Positions 1 to 11,851 of a stretch of DNA of 64,000 bases are shown piece by piece. Under the pieces are notes generated by a model that worked only from the letters and a program-made list of their open reading frames with translations, was not told where the DNA came from and made no database searches. Numbering within the stretch: position 1 is the stretch's first letter; each line of letters begins with the position of its first letter. Source of the stretch: Scyliorhinus canicula. Its lineage: Eukaryota. The stretch lies in the NCBI RefSeq assembly GCF_902713615.1, contig NC_052170.1:9410744-9474743 (forward strand), read 5' to 3'. The position numbers and the translations under genes are program-made.

Positions 1-195
1 CCCAACCTCCTGATACCTGCCCTGTGCCAACTCAGGAATCCGCCATCAATTCTCCCCGGAACAAACTGGTGGTTCCCCCGTATCGGGGACCCCATCGAGG
101 CCCCCACCTCCCCCCTGAGCCGCCTCCACTGCCCCCAAATTTTGAGGGCAGCCGCCACCACCGGGCTCGTGGTATACCTCGTTGGAGGGAGCGGC
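1..195 (-). mobile_element. L1/Tx1-type LINE ORF2 fragment
   Basis: Minus strand translates PLPPTRYTTSPVVAAALKIWGQWRRLRGEVGASMGSPIRGNHQFVPGRIDGGFLSWHRAGIRRL, resembling the post-RT region of fish L1 ORF2; truncated by the window edge. Confidence 0.65.
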
Positions 196-659
196 ATTCC
201 TGTCATATTCCATGTATACACATCGGATATAAACAAATGTTTTGCACCTATATCAGTAACACATAAATGGCGCAGCAGTAATGTCACTGGGCTGGCAATC
301 CATAGAACTAGAATAATGCTCTGGGGGTGTGGTGCAAATCCCATCATAGCAGTTGGTGGAATTTAAATTTACTTGATAAAATCTGGAATTAAAAGCCAGT
401 AACAACCACAAAATCACTGTCTTCCCCACATCTTTTAGGGAAGGAAATCTGGTGACTACCTACATGTGACTCCAGACCCACAACAATGTGGTTGATTTCA
501 ATATGCCCTCTGAAAAGGCCTAGCAAGCTTTTCAGTTCAAGAACAATCAAGAGGGGGCAACAAATCCTAGATTTGCCAGTGCGCCAACATCCCATAAAAG
601 AATAAATGGAAAAAAAAGTAACAAATATATTTCACTAATACAGGTTTTACTGATATATT

Positions 660-925
660 GGTATACCCTCTTCCATCGGGCAAGAGATACAAAATTCTGA
701 GAACATGCACAAACAATTCAAAATCAGCTTATTCCCCGCTGTTACCAGACTCCTGAATGACCCTCTTATGGACTGATTTGATCTCGTCACACATTTTCTG
801 TACGGAGTAGCACTACATTCCGTACGTATCACCCGATATCTGTGTCTATGTATTACATTGTGTGTCTATTGTATTTTTTTCCCCCATAACGATCTGTCTG
901 GTCTGTACACGTGACGATAAACTCA
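660..925 (+). mobile_element. Rex1/Babar-like LINE 3' fragment
   Basis: LPSGKRYKILRT...TTCCCCGCTGTTACCAGACTCCTGAAT matches the Rex1-type ORF end (LPSGRRYR...NSFFP..VRLLN) followed by a GTACACGTGACGATAAA tail; related tails at 31540-31812 and 39215-39290. Confidence 0.55.
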
Positions 926-1684
926 ATTCCAAATATATTGGCGCAGGGGTTAGCACTGGTGCCTGGCACACGGGTTCCATGTCGACCTCGGGCGACAATC
1001 TGCGTGGTGTTCGCACGTTCTCCCCTTGCCTGCGTGGGTTTCCTCCGGCGGCCCGATGTGCAGGTGAGGTGGGGCTGCGGGGGGGGGGGGGGGGGTGGCC
1101 TGGGTTGGGGTTCCCTTTCGGACGGACGGTGCAGACTCGACGGGCCGAATGGCCTCCTCATGCACTGTCGGGATCCTACGATGTGCAAATTTGTATTAGA
1201 TAGAGGGTGGCTTGGTCAGCACGGCTGCCTCACGGCACCAACCCTGGGTCACTGCCCGTGTGGAGTTTGCACATTCGCCCCACTTTTGCATGGGTCTCAC
1301 CCCCACAACCCAAAAAGATGTGCAGGGTAGGTGGAATAGCCATGCTAAATTACCCCTTATGGGGGGGGGGGGGGGGGGGGGGGAGAATTGGGTACTCTAA
1401 ATTTATTTTAAAAATAGATGGTCACCGCACTTTGCTTATTTAGCTCCACTATTCAGGTTCTTTTCCCCCTGATATCGAGATCTGCAGTGCTTTCCAGGTG
1501 AGATATTTTGAGTGGTCCCATTGAATTGGGTGGGGGTGGGGGGGGGGTTGCCACCTGAGGCCTACTCCAACAGGCTTCGTGCCGCCTTCCAAGTTGTAAA
1601 GTAGAGCCCGCTTCCCCGGACAGGCGCCCTCGCCGACAGGAGAGGAAAAAAATAAAGAACCGATGAGCTCGGTTGGGCACTCAC

Positions 1685-1781
1685 GCCGTTGCAGCTCCTC
1701 CTTCTGCCGGTACCTGTCGTAGCTGGCGGCGAAGCGCCGGTTGATGGTGAGCGGCGGGCCTTCCGCCATGCCCGTTGCCAT
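1685..1781 (-). CDS. KRI1: KRI1 homolog (40S ribosome biogenesis factor), coding exon 1; rest of gene lies left of the window
   Basis: (MATG)MAEGPPLTINRRFAASYDRYRQKEELQR matches the KRI1 N-terminus (human [23 protein letters not shown]); ATG at 1781 or 1769; donor CGGC|GTGAGT at 1685/1684, phase 1; CpG-rich; next to CDKN2D as in human. Confidence 0.9.
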
Positions 1782-1824
1782 GCACACCGCACGACCCCAG
1801 CGCCGGAAGGTCAAAGGCCACGGC

Positions 1825-1875
1825 TCGCCCGCCAATCACAGGCCGCGGAAGGGGGCCCACGTGACCGCCCGGCCT
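1825..1875. promoter_or_regulatory. KRI1 CpG-island promoter elements
   Basis: CCAAT near 1832, CACGTG E-box 1858-1863 and CCGCCC GC box immediately upstream of the KRI1 start. Confidence 0.55.
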
Positions 1876-2141
1876 TCCTTGACCACAGGCAGCAGCAGCA
1901 GGAGTTGTCCAGAAAGTGGACTCCTCCTTCACTGTGGACCCCCTCAAAGGTAAGCTACCTCAAAACACCAATCCTCAGCAAAGGTGGTTCAGATGTTTCT
2001 ATTTAGTTTATACATTTTTAAAATAGTCACTTTTTTTCTTATTGACCACCCCGCCCTCTCCTTAAGGTGCTCAGTCTTATTGTGTCCCCCCCCCCCTACT
2101 TCCCTCCCCTGATCAGCAGCTCATCCACATAGATCACATGT

Positions 2142-2460
2142 GGGCAGCATGGTAGCATTGTGGATAGCACAATTGCTTCACAGCTCCAGCGTCGATTCCC
2201 GGATGGGTCACTGTCTGTGTGGAGTCTGCACATCCTCCCCGTGTCTGCGAGGGTTTCCTCCCACAGTCCAAAGATGTGCAGATTAGGTGGATTGGCTATG
2301 CTAAATTGCCCTTTGTGTCCAAAATTACCCTTAGTGTTGGGTGGGGTTACTGGGTTATGGGAATAGGGTGGAGGTGTTAACCTTGGGTAGGGTGCTCTTT
2401 CCAAGAGCCGGTGCAGACTTGGGCCGAATGGCCTCCTTCTGCACTGTAAATTCTATGATA
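2142..2460 (+). mobile_element. tRNA-derived V-domain SINE (HE1-like) with CR1-derived tail
   Basis: GGGCAGCATGGTAGC head, TGTGGAGTCTGCACATCCTCCCCGTGTCTGC central domain, GGGCCGAATGGCCTCCTTCTGCACTGTAAATTCTATG tail; one of dozens of related copies in the window. Confidence 0.85.
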
Positions 2461-3282
2461 ACCATAGAATCCCCTGCAGTACAGAAGAAGCCATCAAGTC
2501 TGCACCCATCGACCCACCCCACCACCACCCATGTTTGCCCCCACCAACCCTGCATCCCTGGACATTAAGGGGCAATTTAGCGTGGCCAATCCACCCACCC
2601 CGTTCATCTTTGCAATGTGGGAGGAAACCCCCGCAGGCACGGGGAGAACGTATAAACTCTGCACAGTCACCCGAGGCCGGAATTGAACCTGGGTCCCTGG
2701 AGCTGTGAGGCAGCAGCAGTGCTCACTGCCGTGCCGCCCAATGGCCATCATCTCTTTATTCATTCTTGGGATTTGAATGTTGCTGGCAAACAAGGCTCAT
2801 CTACGCACGCAATATTGCACTGAGTGACACTTGCATTTGTGTAGCACCTTTCACTTTTAAAAATATATATTCTTTGTAATTTTTCCAATTAAGGACGGCA
2901 ATTTAGCATGGCCAATCTGCCCACCCTCCGCCTCTTTCTGGGTTGTGGGGCCAAGACCCGCGCAGAGACAGGCAGAGCGTGCAAACTCCGCACGGACAGT
3001 GACCCAGGGCCGGGATTGAATCCGGGTCCTCCGTACTGTGAGGCAGCAGTGCTAACCACTGGCCACCGTGACACCCTGTATAGTGCCTTACACAACCATA
3101 AGATGCCCCAATTTACAATTAACCTATTTTTGGAGCATTGTTGCAACAGCTGGTATTAATCTTATGCAATATTTGTTATATGTGGTTATGTTATTGACAA
3201 TTCAGAAGGCAGTTAGGAGTTAACGGTGAGGTGCTGCGGTCCCTCTTCAGCGGAAGAGTGGAATTTACCTGTGTGACAAATT

Positions 3283-3803
3283 TTTTTTTTTATAAATGTT
3301 TTTTATTGGGTTTTTGAACAAGGTATAATTACTGTTATGTACACAGGATGAGAAACATATATATATACATATATATAGAAGAGAAGGGCACACCCAAACA
3401 TACCAAAGAGAAGATAATAGTACATAGTAAAAATACAATAAAAAATACAATAAAATAACTGGTAGGGTATTGTGCACCAGCTCAACAGCAGCAGCTCTGT
3501 ACAGCTGGCAAAATTATTTACAACACATAAGTAGGCGACTGTTTGCCGGGGGGGGGGGGGGGGGGGGGGGGGGGATTGGGGAGGCAAATATACATTCGGG
3601 TGCCGGGGAGATAATTACAGTGGCCGATACTTGGCTGTGTTTCGTGTTGTTGTCGCTTGCTTCTCCCGGACAGGTCTCACTGCCGTCTCGCGCTCGCCTC
3701 CGCTTCTGCCGCTCCTCCCGTCTTCCGTCTTTATTTTCCTCGTTCCCTGCTCCTGGAGATGTCATGCTCGTTTTGGTATCCCGTGCCTTCCTTCTGGCCC
3801 TCC
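3283..3803 (-). mobile_element. 5'-truncated L1-type retroposed insert (3' UTR-like)
   Basis: 16-bp TSD ACCTGTGTGACAAATT at 3267-3282 and 3804-3819; poly(A) tail and AATAAA on the minus strand. Confidence 0.75.
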
Positions 3804-3839
3804 ACCTGTGTGACAAATTGATGTAGGAAAAGAAAGCAA

Positions 3840-4140
3840 GATGGGCATTTAGAAAGCACTTTTTTCCACCATCAGATATCTGAAAGCACTTTCTAGCCAA
3901 CAAAGCACTTTTGACAGCAGTTAATTTTATTGCGGAGAAAACACGACGGCCGATCTGCAGACAGTAAGCTCCCACAAACAGCAACATGATAATGATCTAT
4001 TTGGTGATGTTGATTGAGGGATAAATATTGGCCATGATGCCAGGGGTCTCGGCTCTTCTTTGAAATAATAGAGTACGGTCTTTTGTGTCCTCCTGAAAGG
4101 AAGACATGGTCTTGGTTTAACATCTTATCTGAAAGACTGA
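3840..4140 (-). mobile_element. Deu-domain SINE (SacSINE1/SINE3-like), degraded
   Basis: Reverse complement of Deu-domain motifs GGCCAATATTTATCCCTCAA, TTGCTGTTTGTGGGAGCTT and GTTAAACCAAGACC. Confidence 0.7.
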
Positions 4141-4600
4141 CTGATTTGATTATAAATATCATGGGGAAAATTTATAATGAAACAAGGGGGCACAGAAGCA
4201 ACTGGAAGTAGGGTAAACCTCTTTACTCAAAGTGGTGAGAATGTGAAACTCACGACCAGAAAAGGGAATTGAGGCAAATAGCGTTGATACGTTTAAGTGG
4301 AAGCCAGATAAAGGCATGAGGGAGATATGAGAAGGTTACACTGATTTGATGAAGAGGTGTGGGAGGAGGTTCATGTGAAGCATAAACACCAGCGTAGATC
4401 CGTGAGCTCCAATGTGCTGTTGCTGTGCTGTACATTCTATGTAATTTAGTGCACTGCATTCTCCGTGTGAAGAGCTGTGCTTGAAGGGAGCTGAGGTCAG
4501 AGACAGAGCTGGGACACTCTAGAGATTGGTAAATTTAACCATGCGATTTTGCCTATTAATCTTACTGGTCACCTTTCACCAGTATTGAAGCTTTATTATT

Positions 4601-4950
4601 GGGGGCAGCATGGTAGCACAGTGGTTAGCACAGTTGCTTCACAGCTCCAGGGTCCAAGGTTTGATTCCCGGCTTGGGTCACTGTCTGTGCTGAGTCTGCT
4701 CATTGTCCCCATGTTTGCATAGGTTTCCTTCTGGTGCTCCGGTTTCCTGCCACAGTCCAAAGATGTCCAGGTTAGGTGGGTTGGCTATGCTAAATTGCCC
4801 TTCGTGTCCAAAAATGATGTGGGGTAACGGGGATAGGGTGGAGGTGTGGGGATAGGTTGGAGGTATGGGCTTTAGTAGGGTGCTGTTTCCAAGAGCCGAT
4901 GCAGACTCGATGGGCTGAATGGCCTCCATCTGCACTGTAAATTCTATGAT
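4601..4950 (+). mobile_element. HE1-like V-SINE, full length
   Basis: tRNA head with A/B boxes, V-domain and CR1-type tail ending TTCTATGATCTATG. Confidence 0.85.
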
Positions 4951-5754
4951 CTATGATTGTAGAGCATTTCTTTTTTTTTAAATGCAAGCACCAATAAAAC
5001 TTTTGCTCGTTGAACTACCTTAAAAGTGGATTGTACTCAGTGAATTGCCTTTTTTGGCACAGCAGTAACTAGTTCAAAGTAACTAAGTAGTGTCCTGTCT
5101 AATACTGTGTCGATAAATGTGCAGGGACTGTTGTTTTGTCGTAATGCTGGATGGTGACAGTGGTTAGCACTGCTGCCTCACAGCGCCTGGGACCCGGGTT
5201 CAGTTCTGGGAGCCTTGGGTGACTCTCTCTGTGGAGTTTGTACGTTCTCCTGGCGCCTGGCTTCCTCCGGGTGCTCGAGTTTCCTCCCACAGTCCAAAGA
5301 CGTGCAGGTTAGGCAGATTGGCCCTGTTAAAATTGATCTGAGTATTCAGGGATGTGGTAGTTAGGTGGGGTTGCACGGGGGTGAAAGATTGGGCATAGGT
5401 AGGATTCTCTTTCAGAGGGTCATTGCAGACTCGATGGGCCGAATGGTCCCTTGCACTGTAGGGATTCTATGGATAAATGAAGGAAAATTAAATTTTTGCA
5501 GCAGGCAGGATTGTTGATATTCAGAATAAGCACTTCCCATTCCCTCTTCCTCCAAATAATAGTCCCCGAGCGATATATTCATTATCATTGTCATCTGCTG
5601 CTATATCACAGGAAAATGCTGAGAAAGAATAATTGTGAAGATGTTGGAACACCCTAGTTCTATGTTTACTCTTGTTATAGCTGTTACCTGTTGTGATCCT
5701 GATTTGGCAGTTCTGTATTAACATGCTGGGAGGCACAGAAAGGTTGTCCAAGGA

Positions 5755-6486
5755 CTATAGAACATAGAACATTACAGCGCAGTACAGGCCCTTCGGCCCT
5801 CGATGTTGCGCCGTCCTGTGAAACCCCTCTAAAGTCCCTCTACACTATTCCCTTATCGTCCATATGTCTATCCAATGACCGTTTAGTGTTGGCGAGTCCA
5901 CTACTGTTGCAGGCAGGGCATTCCACACCGTTACTACTCTGAGTAAAGAACCTACCTCTGACATCTGTCCTATATCTGTCTCCCCTCAATTTAAAGCTAT
6001 GTCCCCTCGTGCTGGACATCACCATCCGAGGAAAAAGGCTCTCAATGTCCACCCTATCTAATCCTCTGATCATCTTGTATGCCTCAATTAAGTCACCTCT
6101 TAACCTTCTGCTCTCTAATGAAAACAGCCTCAAGTCCTTCAGCCATTCCTCATAGGATCTTCCCTCCATGCCAGGCAACATCCTTGTAAATCTCCTCTGT
6201 ACCCTTTCCAATGCTTCCACATCCTTCCTATAATGCGGCGACCAGAATTGCACGCAATATTCCAAATGCGGCCGCACCAGAGTTTTGTACAACTGCAACA
6301 TGACCTCATGGCTCTGAAACTCAATTCCTCTACCAATAAAGGCTAACACACCGTACGCCTTCTTAACAACCCTCTCAACCTGGGTGGCAACTTTCAGGGA
6401 TCTATGGACATAGACACCGAGATCTCTCTGCTCGTCCACACTACCTTACCATTAGCCCAGTACTCTGTCTTCCTGTTATTCCTTCT
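5755..6486 (-). mobile_element. CR1-clade LINE (HER1-like), 5'-truncated 3' end
   Basis: ORF 5840-6439 contains RDLGV, LYKTLVRPHLEYCVQFWSP, LERVQRRFTRM and RRLRGDLIE (CR1 RT C-terminus); (TTCTATG)n tail. Confidence 0.95.
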
Positions 6487-9400
6487 GACTGGCTTGAATA
6501 ATGCCTTCGTGGAGCCAGTGTCCTGTTTCTGCTGTTCCCCTTGAGCCCCAGTTGGGGTCAAGAGCTTATGCATTTGTGCAAGTGATTTTTTTTTTTTCTT
6601 CTCCCCCGTCCCCCAACATTAATTTAGAAGAATGTGATTAATCATTGTGCTGTGGTATTGTGGTTAGCTTTTTATTGGGAGGAATACAAGCTTCTTTTAA
6701 CCACAAATTGATGGAAATTCTTCCCTTCGATTCCATAGATTCCTCGACACTTACAGCACCGAAAGGGGTTGTTTGGTCCTTGGTGTCTATGCCCGCTCTT
6801 TGAATGAGCTGTTGTACTCAGTCCCACACTCAAACTTTAGAGAAATTTGGGACTCTCCTCTGCAACCAATTGGTGCTGGATCAACTTGTTTGATTTAAAA
6901 GTGATATTGATAGCTTTTTGCTAACCAAAAGTATTAATAGAAAGGGGGCAAGGGCAGATAGATGGAGTTAGGTCACAATTCAACCATAACTTCACTGAAT
7001 GAGAGAACAGGCTTGAGGGGCTAAATGGTCTCTTGCTCCTATACTTTTGGATGATAACCCTGCAATTTCCTCATCCTTAAGTACCTGTTCAGCTGCCCTT
7101 TTTATAGTAAAAAATAAGCATCTAGCACCTTTTCAGGTTGATCGCTCCAAATTACAACAATGTTTTGAAACAATAAAGATTTGTGAGAATTCTTTTAATT
7201 TTCCTGTCCGATATTCCCTCTCCCCCTTCTAGAGGTGGCTAACATATGCTAGGTATGGTTTCATTAATCCCATCCCTCGCAACAACCCTCACCATCCAAG
7301 GATAGGGCCCAAGTGGCCACTCTTCACACATAAGCCTAAACAGTGGGGCGTTGGCAGTCTGTTCAACCATATTATGTATACACTCAGCATAATCCTGTTT
7401 GCAGCTGGTTTATCGACACAGGTGAGAGTTGTACATGCAGTAAGAGTAAGCAAGTCAGAAGCAAGTACGCCGGCTGATTGTGTCTGTCTGTCTCCCGCCA
7501 CCCCTCACTTTAGTGTAGTGAAATCAATTGTCGCATTCGTACCGCCAATGTGTCATCGCCTCAAGCAGTAAACATTGGACCTTCACATCTGTGTAGTCCG
7601 TGTGGAGCAAAGAAAATCCAACTCGCTCAATGTCCATGTTAAAATTTTCCAAAAACATGTTTTATAATTTATTTGCGGATGTTTAAAAAGTACAATATCC
7701 ACCAAACAAAAAAATCAAATCATAAATAGAATAATTATGTGCAACATCAACCAAATTGCAATCCAGCAACCTATAAAGTCTTCAAACATTCCCCCCCATC
7801 CCTCCCCCAATCCCAAACTGAGTTTAATCCCCATTTTCCCTGAAGCCCGGAGTCCGAACTGAGATGGGTTTCCAAAATTGCTGGCCAGCACCAGGCCCTA
7901 TGTGACCATTCTTAACATAATGGCCTCTTGTTTTAAGAAAAATATCTTTGTATTCTAGGCAACCCCAAACAGGTTAAAACGACAAACTCTTTCTCAAACA
8001 ACAACGTGCATCGACGCGGCAACAAAACCCACGCGCTTCACCAAAAGAATCTAAAATTACCGTCGAGGTGGAAAGGAGATTAGGACGGGTAAAGAAAGGC
8101 TTGCTTGGGGTAGTACGTTGGCACAGTGGTTAGCACTGCTGCCTCACGGCACCGAGGACCCGGGTTGGATCCCGCCGGGGCCCCGGGTCACTGCCCATGT
8201 GGAGTTTCCACATCTTCCCCGTTGTCTCCGTGGGTCTCGCCCCAACAACCCAAAAAGTTGTGCAGTGTAGGGTGGATTGGCCCTTAATTGGGAAAAAAAA
8301 ACTGGGTACTCTATTTTTTTTTTTAAAGAGAAAGGCTCACTCAAAGACATGGGCTTTGAGGAAAAAAAAGCTTGTTAAAATGGATAGAGAAGTGCAGAGG
8401 CAGACTGGGAGCTCTGAAGGACAGGATCGGAACCGACCAAAGGCCTGAAAGAAGGAGGCGCAACACAAAGAAGTTTGGAATAGGAGCTCAGCGGATGGGG
8501 AGGAAACTGAGGGCAAAGGATATGGATAAGGTAAGCTTGGAAAGAGTAGAGGGAAATCAGAAGTTGGGGTCAGGCGAAGAGAGAATGGACAAAGAACCTG
8601 CAAAGAGTACCATTATTCTGCTTCTATCGATATATCACTGCTAGGAAAGGAAAAAAGCCAAAGTTTCAATTAAATCTTTGGAACCGAAAGCAAGAATAAA
8701 TATACATGTATTTTTTTTTATGTTCCCTTTCTTAAATTATTGGTTTGATATTTCTCTCTCGTTTCTGAGGGGCCATTACAGAAAATGCTTGATTTCAACC
8801 CCACACCTCCCACCCCCCGCAACAAATGGACTGTCAAGCCATTTGTGGCCTGCTTCCTGTTGAACTTTGTGCACTCCGTCCGCCCTCTGTAAACGCGAGG
8901 TTATCCAAACTACTGCTGCCCTTACTCGCACCGGGTCTGTATACCTCTGGGTCTTCAGTATCCTCGGAACCAAAATCCAGCGGAAGACAACACACTCGCT
9001 CTGCAAGGAGGAGCTAGTTACCCAGTCCCCTTGTCTATAGGAGCTGAATGGGTAAAATAACTTTTTTTTTAAACTCATCAGCTTTTGTCTCTCCCATACT
9101 CATTGGAGTACCATCAATGTGAGACAGAAACACTTCAACATTGGAACAAAGCTTCAGCGCCACTTTTCTACAACAAAGCCATCAAACCAAAACATTAACT
9201 CTTGTTCCTTTCCCCATGAATGACGCACGACCGACTCAATAATTCCAGCATTTTTTCTTTCCGCCTACTGTCTCACTAGTACATCCTGAGGGAGATGTAA
9301 TCTTCACTTCTATGCAAAATAGCACCTTTGGCAAAATGGAGTGTTCCAGGATGCTTAACAGGATCGTTATGAATTTGACACTGAACCACGCGGGGGATAT

Positions 9401-9719
9401 TAGGGGAGATGGCCAGAAGCTTTCTCAAAGAGGAATATTTTGAGAAGCGGTCTTAAAGGGAGAGAAGTAGAGAGACCAAGAGGGTTAGGGAGGGAATGCC
9501 AGAGCTTTGGGTCCCAGGCAGCTGCATTCGTGGTCGCCAGTGGCGACGCAATCACAATCCGAGCAGTGCAAATACTAGAGAGGAGTTTTAGGCTGGTGGA
9601 GATGGGCGGTCGGGGAGGGACAAGGTCATGGAGGATTTGAAAATTAGGATAAGAATGTTTAAAACAAGGCGCCACTTGACCAGGAGCTAGTGTAGGTCAG
9701 CGAGCACGGCGGGGGTACG

Positions 9720-9753
<34 letters not shown>

Positions 9754-10314
9754 GGATAGGGGAATAGGACTCGGTGCGAGAGAGGGCAGAAGTAGTTTGG
9801 ATAACCTCCCATTTACAGAGGGCGGAGTGCACAAAGTGCATCAGGTGCAGGGGTAAGAAGGTATAGATGAGGGCTTCAGTAGCTGAAGGGCTGGCGGGAA
9901 TAAGAGGCTGGGCAATGCTGACGAGGTGGAAACTGACAGCCTCAAACATACTTATACTGCTAGTTCAGTGTTGTTTGCCTAGGACAAGTAAATTGAAATG
10001 CCAAAATTTCACAAGAGGTGTCCATTGGCTGAGCTACCTTATCCAATTATTTGCATTCGGCTACCACACCCAGGTGACACTGACACTGCGTACTAACCCA
10101 GTGCTAAAGAAAATCTTATTCAATACCCCAAAGCAAAGGATAAGTCTACAACCAATTTGCAGCTGCCGAGGAACAAAAGACCCCTCACATTCGCAGGACT
10201 GCTGATCGCTCAATAGACCATTGACAGTGTCATTATGGCAATGTACAGTTGGGTAGGGCATAACAATCAGTACCTGTATAGTTCAGCACCAGCAGGTTTT
10301 CTACTTTATGCTGA

Positions 10315-10320
10315 TTTAAT
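10315..10320 (-). terminator. Candidate ATTAAA polyadenylation signal for CDKN2D
   Basis: ATTAAA on the minus strand at the end of an about 1.15-kb AT-rich, repeat-free stretch downstream of the CDKN2D stop; inferred only. Confidence 0.3.
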
Positions 10321-11476
10321 ATGTTAAAATCTATTTTTTAGTACCAGGCCTTCCGGAATGTTTAGCTGTGCTCTGTGGATTATATTCCACAGGTGTTGCC
10401 TACATAACCCACAAAAACTGAAAGCCAGTGGTCTTACAATTGAACCACATTCAAATTGAGAACTTAGAATTATTTCACATTTTTTTTTAAAAAAGGTATA
10501 AAAGTGTTTGCATTTTGGAAAAAGACATTTAAAGCCAGACCTTCAGCACGTAGAGTAATTAATTTTCAGGTATAAATTAGCTTGATAATATACTCCCTTA
10601 AATATATACAGAATTAATAAAGCAGCAATGACTCAAATTCACTGCTACATTAGCTGCTCTCTTTCCTTGTATGGGCAAAGGGAGAAAATAACACAAAGCC
10701 ACTTAATGTGTACAGTAGAACTCATTTTGCCTTGCCTTTTTTTTTACAGTACTTTAAATCATTGTAAACATATATTACTTAAAACAACAAAATGACCAGG
10801 TCTTCAATTCCCCATTCCAGGAGATTTCTCTCTCTTTTTTTTTAAAGAGACATTCATTGTTTTCCATGAGGTACTCCTGGGCTGAACATCAGGCTCCTTT
10901 CTACCTCGGAGACCCCCTCAATCAGTGCAGACCCCCACGTCCAATTTACGTCTCCTGGGTGTTCCGTGGACTACTCTTCTTCTGCGTCAAAAGAGCAGTC
11001 CTCCTCGTGTTACACCAAAGTAAGTCTGTGGAACTGCACTGGTGTAATGCGCGTTGGAGCTTTCGTGCAAAGGACACAAAGGCCGTGCTCAGGGCTCTTA
11101 AAGCGATATATGCAAAACACCCTCGATTCAAATGACACTGGCGAGTTGTGCAGCACCTCTTTTACACCACACCTTTTCAAAAGGTTGAACAATTGGGTGA
11201 TATAAATGGTCAGTAAGTGGCATATTTATATTTTTGGCTAGCCTTTTGGTAAGATAGCCAGCAAATGCTTTTGGAGGAGATGCCACAATGGTTCAAGACC
11301 TATGGGGTGATTTCGGGGTGGGGAGGGGGGAAGGAACATTATACAATGAGTCCACAATTAACAGTACAAAATAGGAGTCCAATACGGTGGAAAGGAAGGA
11401 TTCATAGCATAGCAAAGACCATGGATTGAGAGAGGTAAAGTATAAGCAATGTCAGCATCTTTGAACAGGCCGTGAA

Positions 11477-11851
11477 TCAGTGTGGAGTTTCGGTCTCCAT
11501 CGCTTGCAATTGCTGCTCTAACCAAGCCACTACTCCAGTTCTGTTGGAGGCTCTCGCCAGGTCCAATGGGGTTTGCCCACTGGAATTCTTGTGCAGGATG
11601 CTTGACATTGGAGCCAGGTACTGGACAAGGTCCAAGTAGCCCTCTTGCGCAGCCAGGTGTATGGGGAGAGAGCCTGTGGCATCCTTGATGTTCACGTCTG
11701 CCTTGTATTTCGTCAGGACCATCATGGTATCCAAGAAACCGCACCGGGCCACGTCATGTGCCGGAGTGAAGCCCCATTTATCCTGAGCATTGGGCTTTGC
11801 CCCGTTCTTCAGCAGTTCCTCTGCGACCAATGTGCTGCCCAGCATCATCAC
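11477..11851 (-). CDS. CDKN2D: CDKN2D (p19INK4d) coding exon 2, ankyrin repeats 2-5 and stop
   Basis: Acceptor TTTCCAG|GTG; VMMLGSTLVAEELLKNGAKPNAQD...HDVARCGFLDT...GSLPIHLAAQEG aligns with human p19 [24 protein letters not shown]...HDAARTGFLDT...GALPIHLAVQEG; phase 0. Confidence 0.95.
   Translation of the reverse strand: MMMLGSTLVAEELLKNGAKPNAQDKWGFTPAHDVARCGFLDTMMVLTKYKADVNIKDATGSLPIHLAAQEGYLDLVQYLAPMSSILHKNSSGQTPLDLARASNRTGVVAWLEQQLQAMETETPH

Noticed and set aside
3470-3987. 118- and 157-aa ORFs
   Set aside because: They span a TSD-flanked retroposed insert and a Deu-SINE; low complexity and no splice context
11358-11744. 128-aa alternative-frame ORF overlapping CDKN2D exon 2 (ARF-like)
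   Set aside because: Starts at GTG and is cut off from the exon 2 acceptor by two in-frame stops; no ARF-like composition
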